Part shown: piece by piece, positions 1 to 12,745 of the stretch
Numbering within the stretch: position 1 is the first letter of the stretch
Layout of the letters: each line of letters begins with the position of its first letter
Source of the DNA: Mobula hypostoma
Lineage: Eukaryota
DNA: 64,000 nucleotides
Reading direction: 5' to 3'
NCBI RefSeq assembly: GCF_963921235.1
Contig: NC_086107.1
Span: 94,242,001-94,306,000, forward strand
Translations under genes and position numbers: made by a program
Notes under the pieces: generated by a model
What the model was told of the DNA's origin: nothing
What the model saw: the letters and a program-made list of their open reading frames with translations, nothing else
Database searches by the model: none

Positions 1-2084
1 TCCACTTGCACCTGATTTGTCTACATACTGCAGTTTCTCTGTAACTGGAACATTATGTTCTACCTTCCATTATTGTTTTCCTTTTGTACTACCCCAATGT
101 ACTTAGCTATGGAATGATTTGTCTAGATGTCACACAGGAGATTACCCCAGTGCACGTGACAATAAAAAAACTATTACTAATATCTTCAGAACAATTTTAT
201 TTTAAACCACATTCTAAGTCTAGGGTCCTGCTGACAGTGGACACTAAGAGAAAGTGTAACACATCAAGAAACTGCAGATTTATGGACACGGCTCCGCACA
301 TCACAGAAACCAGCCTCCACTTGACACTTCTCACTGCTCACTAAAGCAGTCAATATAATCAAAGATCCCACCCACCCTAGTTATTCTCTCTTTTCTCCAT
401 TCCCATCAGGCAGAAGATACACAAACCTGAAAGCACATACCATCAAGATCAAGGACAACTTCTATCCTGCTATTATAAAAAAAATTAATTGGTCCCTTAG
501 TATGATAAGGTGGATTCTTAACTTCACAACCTGACTCATGTGACATTGCACCTTAGTGTCTAACAACACTGCACTTTCTCTGAAACAATAACACTTTATT
601 CTGCATTCTGTTATTACTTTTCAATGCACTGTTGTGATGAAATAATTTGTATGGAAGGCATGCAAAACAAGTTTTTCACTGTACCGTTTTAGACATGACA
701 ATAATAAACCAATTTTCTACCAGTTGGCTAGCAGTGAATTATAGACTAGAATCCACCCGAGAAGTTCAGTGATAACGCATTCAAAGCTTCCATTCATTAC
801 CCTTATATGGATTATTTATTGTGAAGAGTCCTCACAATGAATTTAAGATCAACACTTTGAAATACTACTTGATGCTATCTGACCTGTTAGGCGTGTCTAA
901 CCTCGTTATTTAGTTGCCTTGTGTTCTACAAGGCTAACTTACCATGAGTATTATTGCTATTAATACCATAGCGATGAACTCCCCTTTTGCTCGAGTGGAT
1001 GAGACTCTTCTGCTAACTGGGAGTAGTTGAATTCATCCACCAAATTCCCTCCTAACCTTCTGTGCTTTAACATCAAGTCCCGTATGCCCCATATAATGTT
1101 AACAACGCCTTCCGTAATCCAAGCCTTTGATAATCTTCTAAAGCTGCATTGCCTAGATTTCAACCAAATATCAGAGATTCTTAACATTTTTATCTAAACA
1201 TAAAGAATATAAATGAACTTAAAAATGCACTTGATGTGTATAAATTCTTAAATTTAAAATGAAAAAACATTATTGTGGTTCTATTGTGGTTACCACCATG
1301 ACTGGATCCTGCTTTTAACTAGGCTATGAAGATCTGTTCTAGTACCTCCAGAGTTTCTTGCTTAGATCAACTAGCAAAATAAAACTAGAATTAAAGTAAC
1401 TGTTTATTAGTGGCATAGAAAAATACCTTCCCCTTCATACATATTCTACAAAATGCAATGAGAACTACATATAGAGATGCAACAACTTGACACATAGATA
1501 CACATCAGAAGAGTCAGTGTTTTTAATGTTCACCTGGACAATGATTTGGATTCACCAGGTACCACATAGGAGAAATAACCAAATTATGATAGTAACTCCT
1601 GTGTGAAACTTGAATCCAAAACTGTCAAGGTGAGATACTTGTCAACTGAGCCAACTAGTACACTCTTTGTGTGAAGTCTTTTTTCCTATTAAACTACTGA
1701 TGTAACAGAGCTGAATTTTGGTCAATTGTTTTAGAAAATAGAACACCACAGCACAGGCTGTTCAGCCCACAATGTTGTGTCAACCTTTTAACCTACTCTA
1801 AGATCAGTCTAACCCTGCCCTCATAAAAAGCCCTCCATTTTTCTATATATACCTATCTAACAGCTTCTTAAGTATCCCTAACGTATCTGCCTCTATCAGC
1901 ACCCCTGGCAGGGTGTTCCACACACCCAGCACTCTCTAACTTATCTCTAACATCCCCCATATACTTTCCTCCAGTCACCTTACAATTGAATACTGTATAA
2001 ATAAAGCCACAAATTCCACTGAGGAATAATACTACCTGAATCTCTTCTCTCCATACCTAATATATTATGATACTTAAATCATAC

Positions 2085-2137
2085 CTCCTTCTGATACAGC
2101 TCAGACTGACGAGACATACAGTAGCTGCATACAGCAC
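2085..2137 (-). CDS. POLD1: POLD1 exon (equivalent to exon 25), 53 nt, second half of CysA zinc finger
   Basis: ctctacag|exon|gtatga; (G)AVCSYCMSRQSELYQKE continues the frame from the previous exon; the CysB exons are not seen in the window. Confidence 0.95.
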
Positions 2138-3204
2138 CTGTAGAGAAAACAGAAATTCCAGAAAACAATTTGAAATCGCTTTCCAAACAAATAGTGCAGA
2201 TTCCTAGACAGAAGCTATTAAGGCTTAAAATTTGTACACAAAATCACTTGCACGAATGCTAGCTGTACAGAGAGACGTTAGTAACCCATTTAGTCCTCTT
2301 TTAGTACAGCCAATCTGCATTTTAATTTGATTCACCCATCTTTGATCATAGTCCATAATGGTCGACAAATCAATTGTGAAATTTCCAATTAACACACAGC
2401 CTCAAGGGCTTACAAGGGGAGGTGGACCAGTTTTCAACCATGCTGTGAGAGAAACACTGGATTAAATGGCATTTAAAAATTTATGAAGGCTATATAACAG
2501 TCCACATCATTGTTTCTGTAGTGATGTGGAGTGCTGAGAGTATTTGACACTTAATTACTTCAAATTTCCAATGATAGTTTGTTTTTACAATTTACCATGT
2601 ATTAAGCATTAAATAAATTTCAGCATATAAAGCTCAGAATAAATTTATTATTAATGTATGTATACGTCACCATATACTACCCTGAGATTCACTTTCTTGT
2701 GGGCATTCACAGCAGAACAAAGGTATACTGACTAAGTCGGAGGAGATACTTCCAGTGACATAAACTAACTAGCTTAATTTTATTATTTCTTATAATGATA
2801 AAAAAAACAAAACATGCATATCATTCAGCAAAAAAAAAGGTTAGCAATGGACAAACATATTAATCTATTTTTTGAACAGGTGTTTTTCTTTTAAGCATTA
2901 AACTTCCTCCTTTGATCTTTCTGACTTATTGCTGATCTCTGGTATACTACTTCACCGTTCATCTACTGCCCTATTTCAGATGCAATGCAACATGCCTTTG
3001 CCCACCATCATGTACGTCCATACACCTCCACTGCTGATTACACCAAAGGCCCAGGTGAGGTTGCCAGAGCGAACTGTGCTAAAGGGATAGATTCTAAATT
3101 TGGAAATTGTTAAAACATCTCTTGTTCATTTCTGCTTCTCATCACTCAACCACCAGTAGCCATTGCTTTAGATGCCAAAAGCCTAAGCTTTAGACTTTTA
3201 AAAG

Positions 3205-3830
3205 GAGAATGGTACAGCACAGTACAGGCTATTCAGCTCACAACATTGTGCCGACCTTTTAACATACTCTAAGATCAATCTAACTCTTCCTTCCCACATA
3301 GCCCTCCCTTCTCTTCCATTCATGTGCCTATCTAAAGAGTCTCTTAAATGTCCTTAACATATCTGCCTCCACCATCACAGCTGGCAGCATGTTCCACACA
3401 GCCACAGCTCTTTGTACAACAAAATCTACTTCTGACATCCACCTCTCCCCCTATAGTTTCTTACAACAGCCTTAAAATTGTGCTCCCTCGTATTAGCCAT
3501 TTTTGCCCCGGAAAAAGTCTCTGGCTATCCACTCTTATCGATGCCTCTTATCATTTTCTACTCCTCTATCAGGTCATCTCTCATCCTCCTTCACTAAGAG
3601 AAAAGGATAGGTTGCTCAACCTCTCCTCATAAGACATGGTCTCTAATCCAGAGAGCATCATCCTCTGCACCCTCTCTCAAGCTTCCACATCCTTCCTACA
3701 ATGAGGTAACCAGAACTGAACATAATTCTCCAAGTGTGGTCAAATCAGATTTTTAAAGAGCTGCAGTATTACCTCATGGCTGTACACCTTCTTAACCACC
3801 TTATCAACCTGAGAGGCAACTTTGAGGGAT
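3205..3830 (-). mobile_element. CR1 LINE 3' fragment (similar pieces at about 1740-1985, 4400-4845, 5140-5335, 18675-19020, 19330-19790, 36970-37515, 38105-38545, 42590-43125, 56500-57030)
   Basis: Homologous to the CR1 copies at 43410-44540 and 10690-11080. Confidence 0.75.
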
Positions 3831-6800
3831 CTACTTGACTCTTTCTTCATTTGTTGTTCAGCAAATCCAATGGGAAAACACAGCTTTCAACCCAGACATT
3901 CAATGGCATTACCATCAGTGAATCTCCCATTATCAATATCCTCGATGTTACTAGTGATCAGAAACTGAACTGAAGTAGCAAATGTGTTATAAGAGCAGAT
4001 CAGATGCTGGGATCCCTGATGTGAGTAATTCACCTTCTCTAACTCCCCAAAAAATGCCTACGATCTGTAAAGCTCAAGTCGGGAACACTCTGCACTAACC
4101 TCAATGAGTACAGCTTCAACAACATTCAAGAAACTATAAATTATACAGGGTGTAGCAGACTCACCTCCACAACCATTCTCTCATGGCACCACCTAACTAC
4201 AGTCTGTACCACTTACAGGATGAAACGGATCCAAACTACTTGGACAGCAGCTTCCAAACCCACCTCTTCTAGCTAGAAGGCTAAGGGCAACAAAAGCAAT
4301 GGGAACTCTGCTACCTACAAGCTACAGTAGCGTAGCAGTTAGCGTAACGCTATTACATCACCTGTGAACTGGTTTCCATTCAGCCACCGTCTAAGGATCA
4401 TAAGGCACAGCGGGAAAGTTAGGTCATTCTGCCTATCGAATCTGCTCAATAATTCCATCGTGGCTGATTTATTGTCCCTCTCAACCCCATTTTTCTGCCT
4501 TGTCCCTGTAACCCTTGATGCCCTTACTATTCAAGAACCTATCAATCTCCACTTTAAATATACCCAATGACTTGGTCCCCACAGCTGTCTGTGGCAATGA
4601 ACTCCAGAGATTCACTCCTCTCTGGTGAAAGGAACTCCTTCTCATCTCTGTTCTAAAGGTACACCTTTCAATTCTGAGGCTGTGCCCTCTGGTATGACTC
4701 CAATATTGGAACCATCGGTTCTAGGTCCACTCTAGCTAGGCCTTTCAATATTGCGTAGGTTTCAATGAGGTGCCCCCCACCCACTGCAACATTCCTCTAA
4801 ACTCCAGCGAGTACAGACCTAGAGCCATCAAACACTCCTTATACATCGACTCTCAAACTGCTTCGCTTCTCACATTTGTTGCCTGATCTGTTGAATATTT
4901 CTAGTTATTTCTTCCATTTTCATTTTATGTTGTCAGTCCAATTCTGTTCATTTGTTTCTGTAAGGAACAACACAAAGTAATTTGCAGGCACGATATTGTT
5001 CCAACCTGTAACTAACCTCAGAGATGTGGTCTTCTCTGGTAGCTGCTCCATAACTGCATATACCATGGTTCCTCATTTAAATGTATATAATACAATGGAA
5101 TATAGTCATCAATGAAGTCTGATTTCACAGTAAGTTCCGTTTATAGAAACACAGAAAATAAGTGCAGGAGCAGGCCATTCAGCCCTTCGAGCCTGCACCG
5201 CCATTCAGTACGATCATGGCTGATCATCCAAATCAGAACCCTGTACCTGCCTTCTCTCCATACCCCCGATCCCTTTAGCCACAAACGCCATATCTAACTT
5301 CCTCTTAAATATAGCCAATGAACTGGCCTCAATGATATACATCATTGAGGGCTGCTCTTAAATAGATTAATTGAGAAGCTTTATTTGTCCAGTGAACATC
5401 ATAATTTACAGAGAAATGCATTGTTTTGCGTCACCAACCAACCCAGTCCAACAACTGAGCTGAGGACAGTCCTCATGTTTCCGGCAGCAGCATAGCATGC
5501 CCACAGCTTACTAACCCGTACGCCTTTAGAATGGGGAAGGGAAGGGAGCGTCCGGAGGAAATCCGCAATGTCAAGGGTCAGCATACAAACTCCTTACAGA
5601 TAAGTGGGAATCAAATCCCGACTGCACTAATTCAGCAAGGACTTCTCACATGAATCCAAAAAATACGCATGGTTACCTAATGGGAAAGCCTTAAGCCTAA
5701 ATGCAATTCCAAGCAGATATAAAAATAATAAGAATTACTTGGGCACAATCCCAAAATCTATGAATCAACTCTGATTATCCTTCAAAAGAGAACTGGATAG
5801 GGAAGGATGCTCAAGGTAATGATTGGTAGGGTGTGTGGAATGTGTTGCCAGGGGAGGTGGTAGAGGCAGATACGTTAGGGACATTTTAGAGACTCTTAGA
5901 TAGGCAAATTGATGATAGAGGGCTATACAGGAGGGAAGGGTTAGATTGATCTTAGAGTAGGTTAAAAGGTTAGCACAACATTATTGCTTGAAGGACCTGT
6001 ACTCTACTGTTCTACGTAATGTGATAATGAGGATGATAATATGCCACAAGCTACCTCAAGCCCTCTCTACCTTTCAGAATGATCAGGGCTTTCTTTCCTA
6101 TTCTTGCACTCTCTATTTCTACACTGTCAGTTACCCAAGGGCAGACTCAATGACACATCTCCAGAACCCTGAGGTACAGAGTTCCAAATAGAAAATAAAA
6201 TGCTCTTTATTTTGACATTCTTCATCTTGAACCCAAGATGACGGCACGATAGTGACACTATCACGGTGCCAACTGCAAAGATCGGGGTTCAGTTCCTGCC
6301 GCTGTCTATAAGGAGTTTGCACTTTCTCCCCATGACAGTGTGGGTTTCCTCCGGGTGCTCTGGATTCCTCCCACATCCAATGATGTGTAGTCAGAGCTAG
6401 TGAGTTGTGAGCATGCTGTGTTGGGACCAGAAGCATTGAATTACTTGCAGGCAGTCCCCAGGATAACCCTTGTTGATTTAATTTGACACAAACGATGCAT
6501 CTCACTGTACATTTTGATGTACATGTGACAAATAAAGCTCTAGGTTCCAGAAAAAGAAAAACTGGGGGGGGGGGGGGGAACTGCTGGCTATATATCTGAT
6601 GCAGTATAGTTTAGACAGTACCAGCAATGACACATGTAGTTACATTTCATCATACTTAATAAAAGGTTACTAATCACAGAGGTGTTAACATACAAATTGT
6701 TGTTTTCCTGTGTTTTTTTTCCATCTGTAAAGCCCTCCCTCTGTTCTCACTATCTCATCTGGTACCTGTCAATAAAGGAGAGAAGAGTATAGAGATTTAA

Positions 6801-8009
6801 AAGAGACCTGAGAAGTAATTTCTTTACAAAGAGGGTACGGCACATCCGGAATAAGCTGCCAGAAGAAGTGGACGAGGCAGGTACAATTGCAACTGCGAGG
6901 AAGCATTTAGATATGTACATGGAAAGGAGAGGCCAAGAGGGTTGTGGGCTAAACTGGGACTTGGAAGGAAGGACGCTGTGGTCAGTATGGACTGAAGGGC
7001 CTACTTCTGAATCGTATTATTCTATGACTCTATGCAATCCCATGATATGGCGTCAGGATTATGAGTGATATTGGAAAACTAGCTGGTAGAATGAGGAACT
7101 TCTCAGCCTTGAGTCTGACCACAGGAAATGAGAGCGACTCAAGGAGACTCTGGGCTGTAAGCCTTCTATTCTCGAACAAGGGAAACTCCAGACCATCAAC
7201 TTGGGTAGGCTTTAGTGGGGAGAGGGTGGGGGAAAGAGAAGTTATAGTGTAAGTTTGTCTTAATAAGTCTAGGATTATAGAGGTGTTTAAAATCCTGAGG
7301 GGTATGCACTGAGCCTTTTTTCCAGGGCTGGGGAATCAAGAATTAGAAGGCACTATTTTAAGGTGAGAGAGGGCAATTTTTTTTATATACAAAGGGTGGT
7401 ATATATGTGGTCAAGGTACCAGAGGAAGTGGCTGAGACAGGTACAATCCAAGATTTCAAAGACAGTTATACAGGTATGTGGATAGGGAAGGTTCAGAGGG
7501 ATATGGTCCAAAGGCTTCCATATCAGACTAGATTGGATGGGCAGCTTGGACCAATCGGCTTAAGGGTTGTTTCGATCTTGAATGACTTAATAAATTCCAT
7601 TTGAAACCTAATTATATTATTCCCCTGAATATACTCTTGCTGAGGTCTGATTCAAGTCATCCAAGAGACCTTTCCTCGATCTGTAGACCACACCTTATTG
7701 GGTTAGCAGGCTGAAGTACATCAGGTGAAGGATGGGGGCAAGGGGCAGGCGAATCTCCCAGCCATGAACAGCCAAGCCCTAATGCAATCATTCCACACGC
7801 TGCAGATAGAAATACTCTATCTTATGTGATATAAAGGAAAGCCAGCTGCACCTTTGCCTTGAGATGACAGCCAATATTATTGCACACCCTCCCTCAGACA
7901 GGATGCCAATAGGGCAACAGATAACTTGTGATTCACCCTACAGCAATTTTTTTTAAAACATACAAAGGTAGATAGGGAAACTGTTTCAATTAGCAGGAGG
8001 TTGGTAGCA

Positions 8010-8870
8010 TCAGAATCAGGTTTACTGACACAGTGGCAGCAGTACATTGGAGGCACAGTTATAAGTTACAATAAAATAATTATTATGCAAAGGAGGAATA
8101 GTGAGGTAGTGCTGTGATCATTCAGGAATAGGCTGGAGAGAGGGGAAGAAGCTGTTCATAAAATGTTGAGTGGAGGTTTTCAGGACCCTGATGATAACAA
8201 TGAGAAGAGGGCAAGCCCCAGATGGTGAGGGTCTTTAATGATGAATGCTGCCTTCTTGAGGCATTGTCTTTTGAAGATATCCTCAATGGTGGGAGAGTTC
8301 TGCCTGTGATAGAGCTAGCTGTGTCTACAACACTCCACACAGCCTCTAAAGAATTCTGCATTGGGGCTTCCATACCAGGCTGTGATGTAATCAGTTAGAA
8401 TGCTCTCTATGGTACATCTGTAGAAATTTGCTGGAGTTTTTGGTGACAAATCAAATCTTGTCCAACTCCTAATGAAATACAGCCACTGCCATGCCTATGT
8501 CATGATAGGCCTAGGACAGATGTTGGCACTCAGCACTTGAACATACTCATTCATTCCACTGCTAACCCCTGAATGAGGAATGGTGTGTGTTCTCCTGATT
8601 TCCCCTTCTTAAGGAGGTGTTTTCACTGACCTGTACTGACTGTGGTCTCCATTTGAGGAAGTCAAGATTCCAGTTGCAGAGGGAGGTACGGAGGACCAAG
8701 TTTTGAAACGTGTTGATTTGTACTGAGGGAACGATGGTGTTAAACACTGAACTGAAGTCGATCAACAGCAGCCTGACATGGGTATTGCTGCTGTCCAGGT
8801 GGTCCAAGTCCAAGTGGAGAGCCAGTCTACATCTGCTGTAGACTTACTGTGATGGGAGGCGTGAACAATC
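8010..8870 (-). mobile_element. Rex1/Babar-like LINE fragment (similar pieces at about 230-710, 15290-15910, 24870-25490, 31590-32490, 39060-39660, 53965-54410)
   Basis: RT motif HLDSSNTHVRLLLIDFSSVFNTIVP..LCNWNLDFL. Confidence 0.75.
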
Positions 8871-9419
8871 TCTCAAAGTTGTACTCATTACTTAATCACA
8901 GTTATCAGTACAACTAATCAGTAGACGTTGAGGCAGATCACCCTGCTCTTCTTGGGTATCAGTGTGACTGATGTCCTTTTGAGATGGATGGTAACCTTTG
9001 ACTGCAGTACTGGAGAGACTGAAGATGGCTGAACCAAAGACACAGTTAAGATAACTGGCTGATAAAAAAGGTAGAGAGGTTGCTGAGTACTGCCTACGAT
9101 TAATGTGGCAGCAGATTAACAGCACCTTTCTGAACGGTACACCTGAAAAGAATAGGAATGTAGGGAGAGGTAGAGAGAACATGGAGTGGGATTATTTCAT
9201 AGCTGAGCTGCCTGGTGCTTGGGGAAAACTATCAACATAACCAATGAGCCCGGCTACCCCGGTCATTCTCTCCTGTCAGGAATAAGAAGCTAAAGCTTGA
9301 GAACAAAGACCACTGTTATTCCACTGTTATCAGTCTCTTGAACAGACCCGTCATACTGTAAAGATGAACTTTTGATCTTCCAATCAATCTCATCACAGCC
9401 CTTGCACTGTATTTATCTA

Positions 9420-11408
9420 CAGTGCCTATCAAAAATATTCACCCACGCCCCCCCCTTAGAAGTTTTCATGTTTTATTTTACAACATTGAATCACAGTGGA
9501 TATAATTTGGCTTTTTTGACACTGACCAACAAAAAAAGACTCCAGCATAAAATGAAAACAGATCTCTACAAAGTTTTCATTTTACATGAAATTAATTACA
9601 AATATAAAACACAAAATAATTGATTGCATAGACAATCACCCCCTTCAAGTCAATATTTAGTAGTTGAACCTCTAGCAGCAATTATAGCCTTAAGTCTGTG
9701 TGGACAGGTTTCTATCAGCTTTGCACATCTGGACAGTGCAATTTTCCCCCATTCTTCCTTACAAAATTGCTCAAACTCTGTCAGATTGCATGATTGTGAG
9801 TGAACAGTCCTTTGCAAGTCCAACCACAAATTCTCAATTGGATTGAGGTCTGGATTCTGACTTGGCCATTGCATGACATTAACTTTGTTGTTATTAAGCC
9901 ATTCATGTGTAGCTTTGGCTTTATCCTTGGGGTCATTGCCTTGCAGGAAAACAAATCTTCTCCCAAGTTGAAGCCCTCTTGCAGACTGCATCAGGTTTTC
10001 CTTCAGGATTTCCCTGTATTTTGCAGTTTTACCCTCTACCTTCACAAGCCTTCCAGGGCCTGCTGAAATGAAGCATCCCAACTGCATGATGCAGTCACCA
10101 CCATGCTTCACAGCAGGGATGGTGTGTTTTTGATGATCTGCGGCATTTGACTTACAGCAAACATACTGTTTAGTCTGATGGCCAAAAAGCTCAATTTTGG
10201 TTTCTTCCAGCTGACTTCAGACTCTCCCATATTCCTTCCGGCAAACTCTTGCTGAGTTCATGCCAGTTTTTTTTCCTCCAACAGTGGCTTTCTCTTTGCC
10301 AGTCTCCCATAAAGCTACGACTGGTGAAGCACCCGGGCAACAGTTGTATGTACAGTCTCTCCCATCTCAGCCACTGAAGCTTGTAACTCTAGAGTTGTCA
10401 TAGGTCTCTTGGTGGCCTCCCTCACTAGTCCCCTTCTTGCGTGATCATTCAGTTTTTGAAGATGGCCTGCTCTCGACAGATTTGCAGCCATACCATATTC
10501 TTTCCATTTCTTGATGATTGACTTAACTGTACCACAAGAGATATTCAGTGACTTGGAAATGCTCTTGTATCCATCTCCTGACTTGTGCTTTTCAATGACC
10601 TTTTCGCAGAGTTGTGTGGAATGTTCTTTTGTCTTCACGGTGTAGTTTTTGCCAGGATACTGACTCACCAACAGTTGGACCTACCAGATAGAAACATAGA
10701 AAATAGGTGCAGGAGTAGGCCATTCGGCCCTTCGAGCCTGCACCGCCATTCAGTATGATCATGGCTGATCATCCAACTCAGAACCCTGTGCCTGCCTTCC
10801 CCCTAATAACCCCTGATCCCTTTAGCCACAAGGGCCATATCTAACTCCCTCTTAAATATAGCCAATGAACTGGCCTTAACTGTTTCCTGTGGCAGAGAAT
10901 TCCACAGATTCACCACTCTCTGTGTGAAGAAGTTTTTCCTCATCTCGGTCCTGAAAGGCTTCCCTTTTATCCTCAAACTTGTTCTGGACTTCCCCAACAT
11001 TGGGAACAATCTTCCTGCATCTAGCCTGTCCAATCCCTTTAGGATTTTATACGTTTCAATCAGATCCCCCCTCAATCTTCAAATCCATTTGTATTTTTAC
11101 AACAATCAATTGAAACACCTTGACTGCACACAGTGATCTCCATTTAACTAATTATGTGACTTCTAAAACCAATTGGCTGCAGCGACGATTTGGTATGTCA
11201 TATTAAAGGAGGTGAATACTTATGCAATCAATTATTTTGTACTTTATATTGTAATTAATTTAGTTCACTTTGTAGAGATCTGTTTTCACTTTGACACGAA
11301 AGATCAGAGTCAAAAAAGCTGAATTAAATCCACTGTGATTCAATGTTGTAAAACAATAAAACATGAAAACGTCCGGGGGGGTGGGGTGAATACTTTTTAT
11401 AGACACTA
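9420..11408 (-). mobile_element. Tc1-family DNA transposon with long TIRs and a frameshifted transposase
   Basis: Starts TA|CAGTGCCTATCAAAAATATTCACCC; about 200-bp inverted copy ends GGGTGAATACTTTTTATAGACACTA; ORF 10315-10671 encodes the HTH (TKEHS..GDGYKSISKSL) and ORF 9650-10111 the catalytic part (KHGGD..WPSQNPDLNPIENLW). Confidence 0.93.
10690..11080 (-). mobile_element. CR1 LINE 3' fragment inserted into the Tc1 element
   Basis: ORF 10803-11075 MRGDLIETYKIL..FFTQRVVNLWNSLP is the CR1 ORF2 C-terminus; tail (TTCTATGT-like) at about 10690. Confidence 0.9.
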
Positions 11409-11722
11409 TTCCTACACTGCACTTGCTCTATGACATTATTCAGCATTGTTTTCCTTTGTACTATATCTATGTACTTGTGCATGACCTGTCTGCATGGCAT
11501 ACGAACAAAAGCTTCTCACTGAACCTTGGTACACATGACAATAATAAATCTTCACTCTTACTCCACCTAGTCACGCCTTCACCCTTACTCCAACTAGTCA
11601 CAGCCTCACCGTCACTGTTTACATATATTCATACTTCAGCAAGTCATCTCTGATATACAATCAACACACATCAAAGTTGCTGGTGAACGCAGCAGGCCAG
11701 GCAGCATCTCTAGGAAGAGGTA

Positions 11723-11760
11723 CAGTCGACGTTTTGGGCCGAGACCCTTCGTCAGGACTA
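11723..11760 (-). ncRNA. Second hammerhead copy, probably inactive (GAAA changed to AAAA)
   Basis: Reverse complement reads TAGTCCTGACGAAGGGTCTCGGCCCAAAACGTCGACTG. Confidence 0.7.
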
Positions 11761-11992
11761 ACTGAAAGAAGAGTTAGTAAGAGATTTGAAAGTGGGAGGG
11801 GGAGGGGGAGATCCAAAATGATAGGAGAAGACAGGAGGGGGAGGGATGGAGCCAAGAGCTGGACAGGTGATTGGCAAAAGGGATATGAGAGGATCATGGG
11901 ACAGGAGGCCCAGGGAGAAGGAAAAGGGGGAGGGGGGAAAAAACCCAGAGGATGGGCAAGGGGTATAGTCAGAGGGACAGAGGGGGAAAAAG

Positions 11993-11997
<5 letters not shown>

Positions 11998-12033
<36 letters not shown>
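11998..12033. repeat. (GA)n microsatellite within the PLE arm
   Basis: Direct reading. Confidence 0.95.
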
Positions 12034-12038
<5 letters not shown>

Positions 12039-12707
12039 ATGTGTGTATATAAATAAATAACGGATGGGGTACGAGGGGGAGGTGGGGCATTAGCTGAAGT
12101 TAGAGAAGTCGATGTTCATGCCATCATTTTGGAGGCTACCCAGACGGAATATAAGGTGTTGTTCCTCCAACCTGAGTGTGGCTTCATCTTTACAGTAGAG
12201 GAGGCCGTGGACAGACATATCAGAATGGGAATGGGATGTGGAATTAAAATGTGTGGCCAGTGGGAGATCCTGCTTTCTCTGGCGGACAGACCATAGGTGT
12301 TCAGCAAAACGATCTCCCAGTCTGCGTCGGGTCTCGCCAATATATAGAAGGCCACATTGTCTGGGTAGCCTCCAACCTGATGGCATGAACAATGACTTCT
12401 CTAACTTCCGCTAATGCCCCATCTCCCCCTCGTACTCTATCCGTTATTTATTTATATACACACATTCTTTCTCTCTCTCTCTCTTTCCTTTTTCTCCCTC
12501 TGACTATACCCCTTGCCCATCCTCTGGGTTTTCTCCCCCCCCCCCCACTTTTCCTTCTCCCTGGACCTCCTGTCCCATGATCCTCTCATCTCCCTTTTGT
12601 CAATCACCTGTCCAGCTCTTGGCTCCATCCCTCCCCCTCCTGTCTTCTCCTATCATTTTGGATCTCCCCCTCCCACTTTCAAATCTCTTACCAGCTCTTC
12701 CTTCAGT

Positions 12708-12745
12708 TAGTCCTGACGAAGGGTCTCAGCCCGAAACGTCGACTG
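12708..12745 (+). ncRNA. Minimal type I hammerhead ribozyme motif in the PLE terminal repeat
   Basis: TAGTC-CTGACGA-A-GGGT CTCA GCCC-GAAA-CGTC-GACTG: CUGANGA and GAAA cores, stem I TAGTC/GACTG, stem II GGGT/GCCC, palindromic ACGT in place of stem III, GUC cleavage triplet ending at 12740. Confidence 0.8.

Noticed and set aside
960..1187. 75-aa minus-strand ORF as the next POLD1 (CysB) exon
   Set aside because: No similarity to the expected LWTQCQRCQGSLHEDV motif; that exon must lie beyond the left edge of the window.
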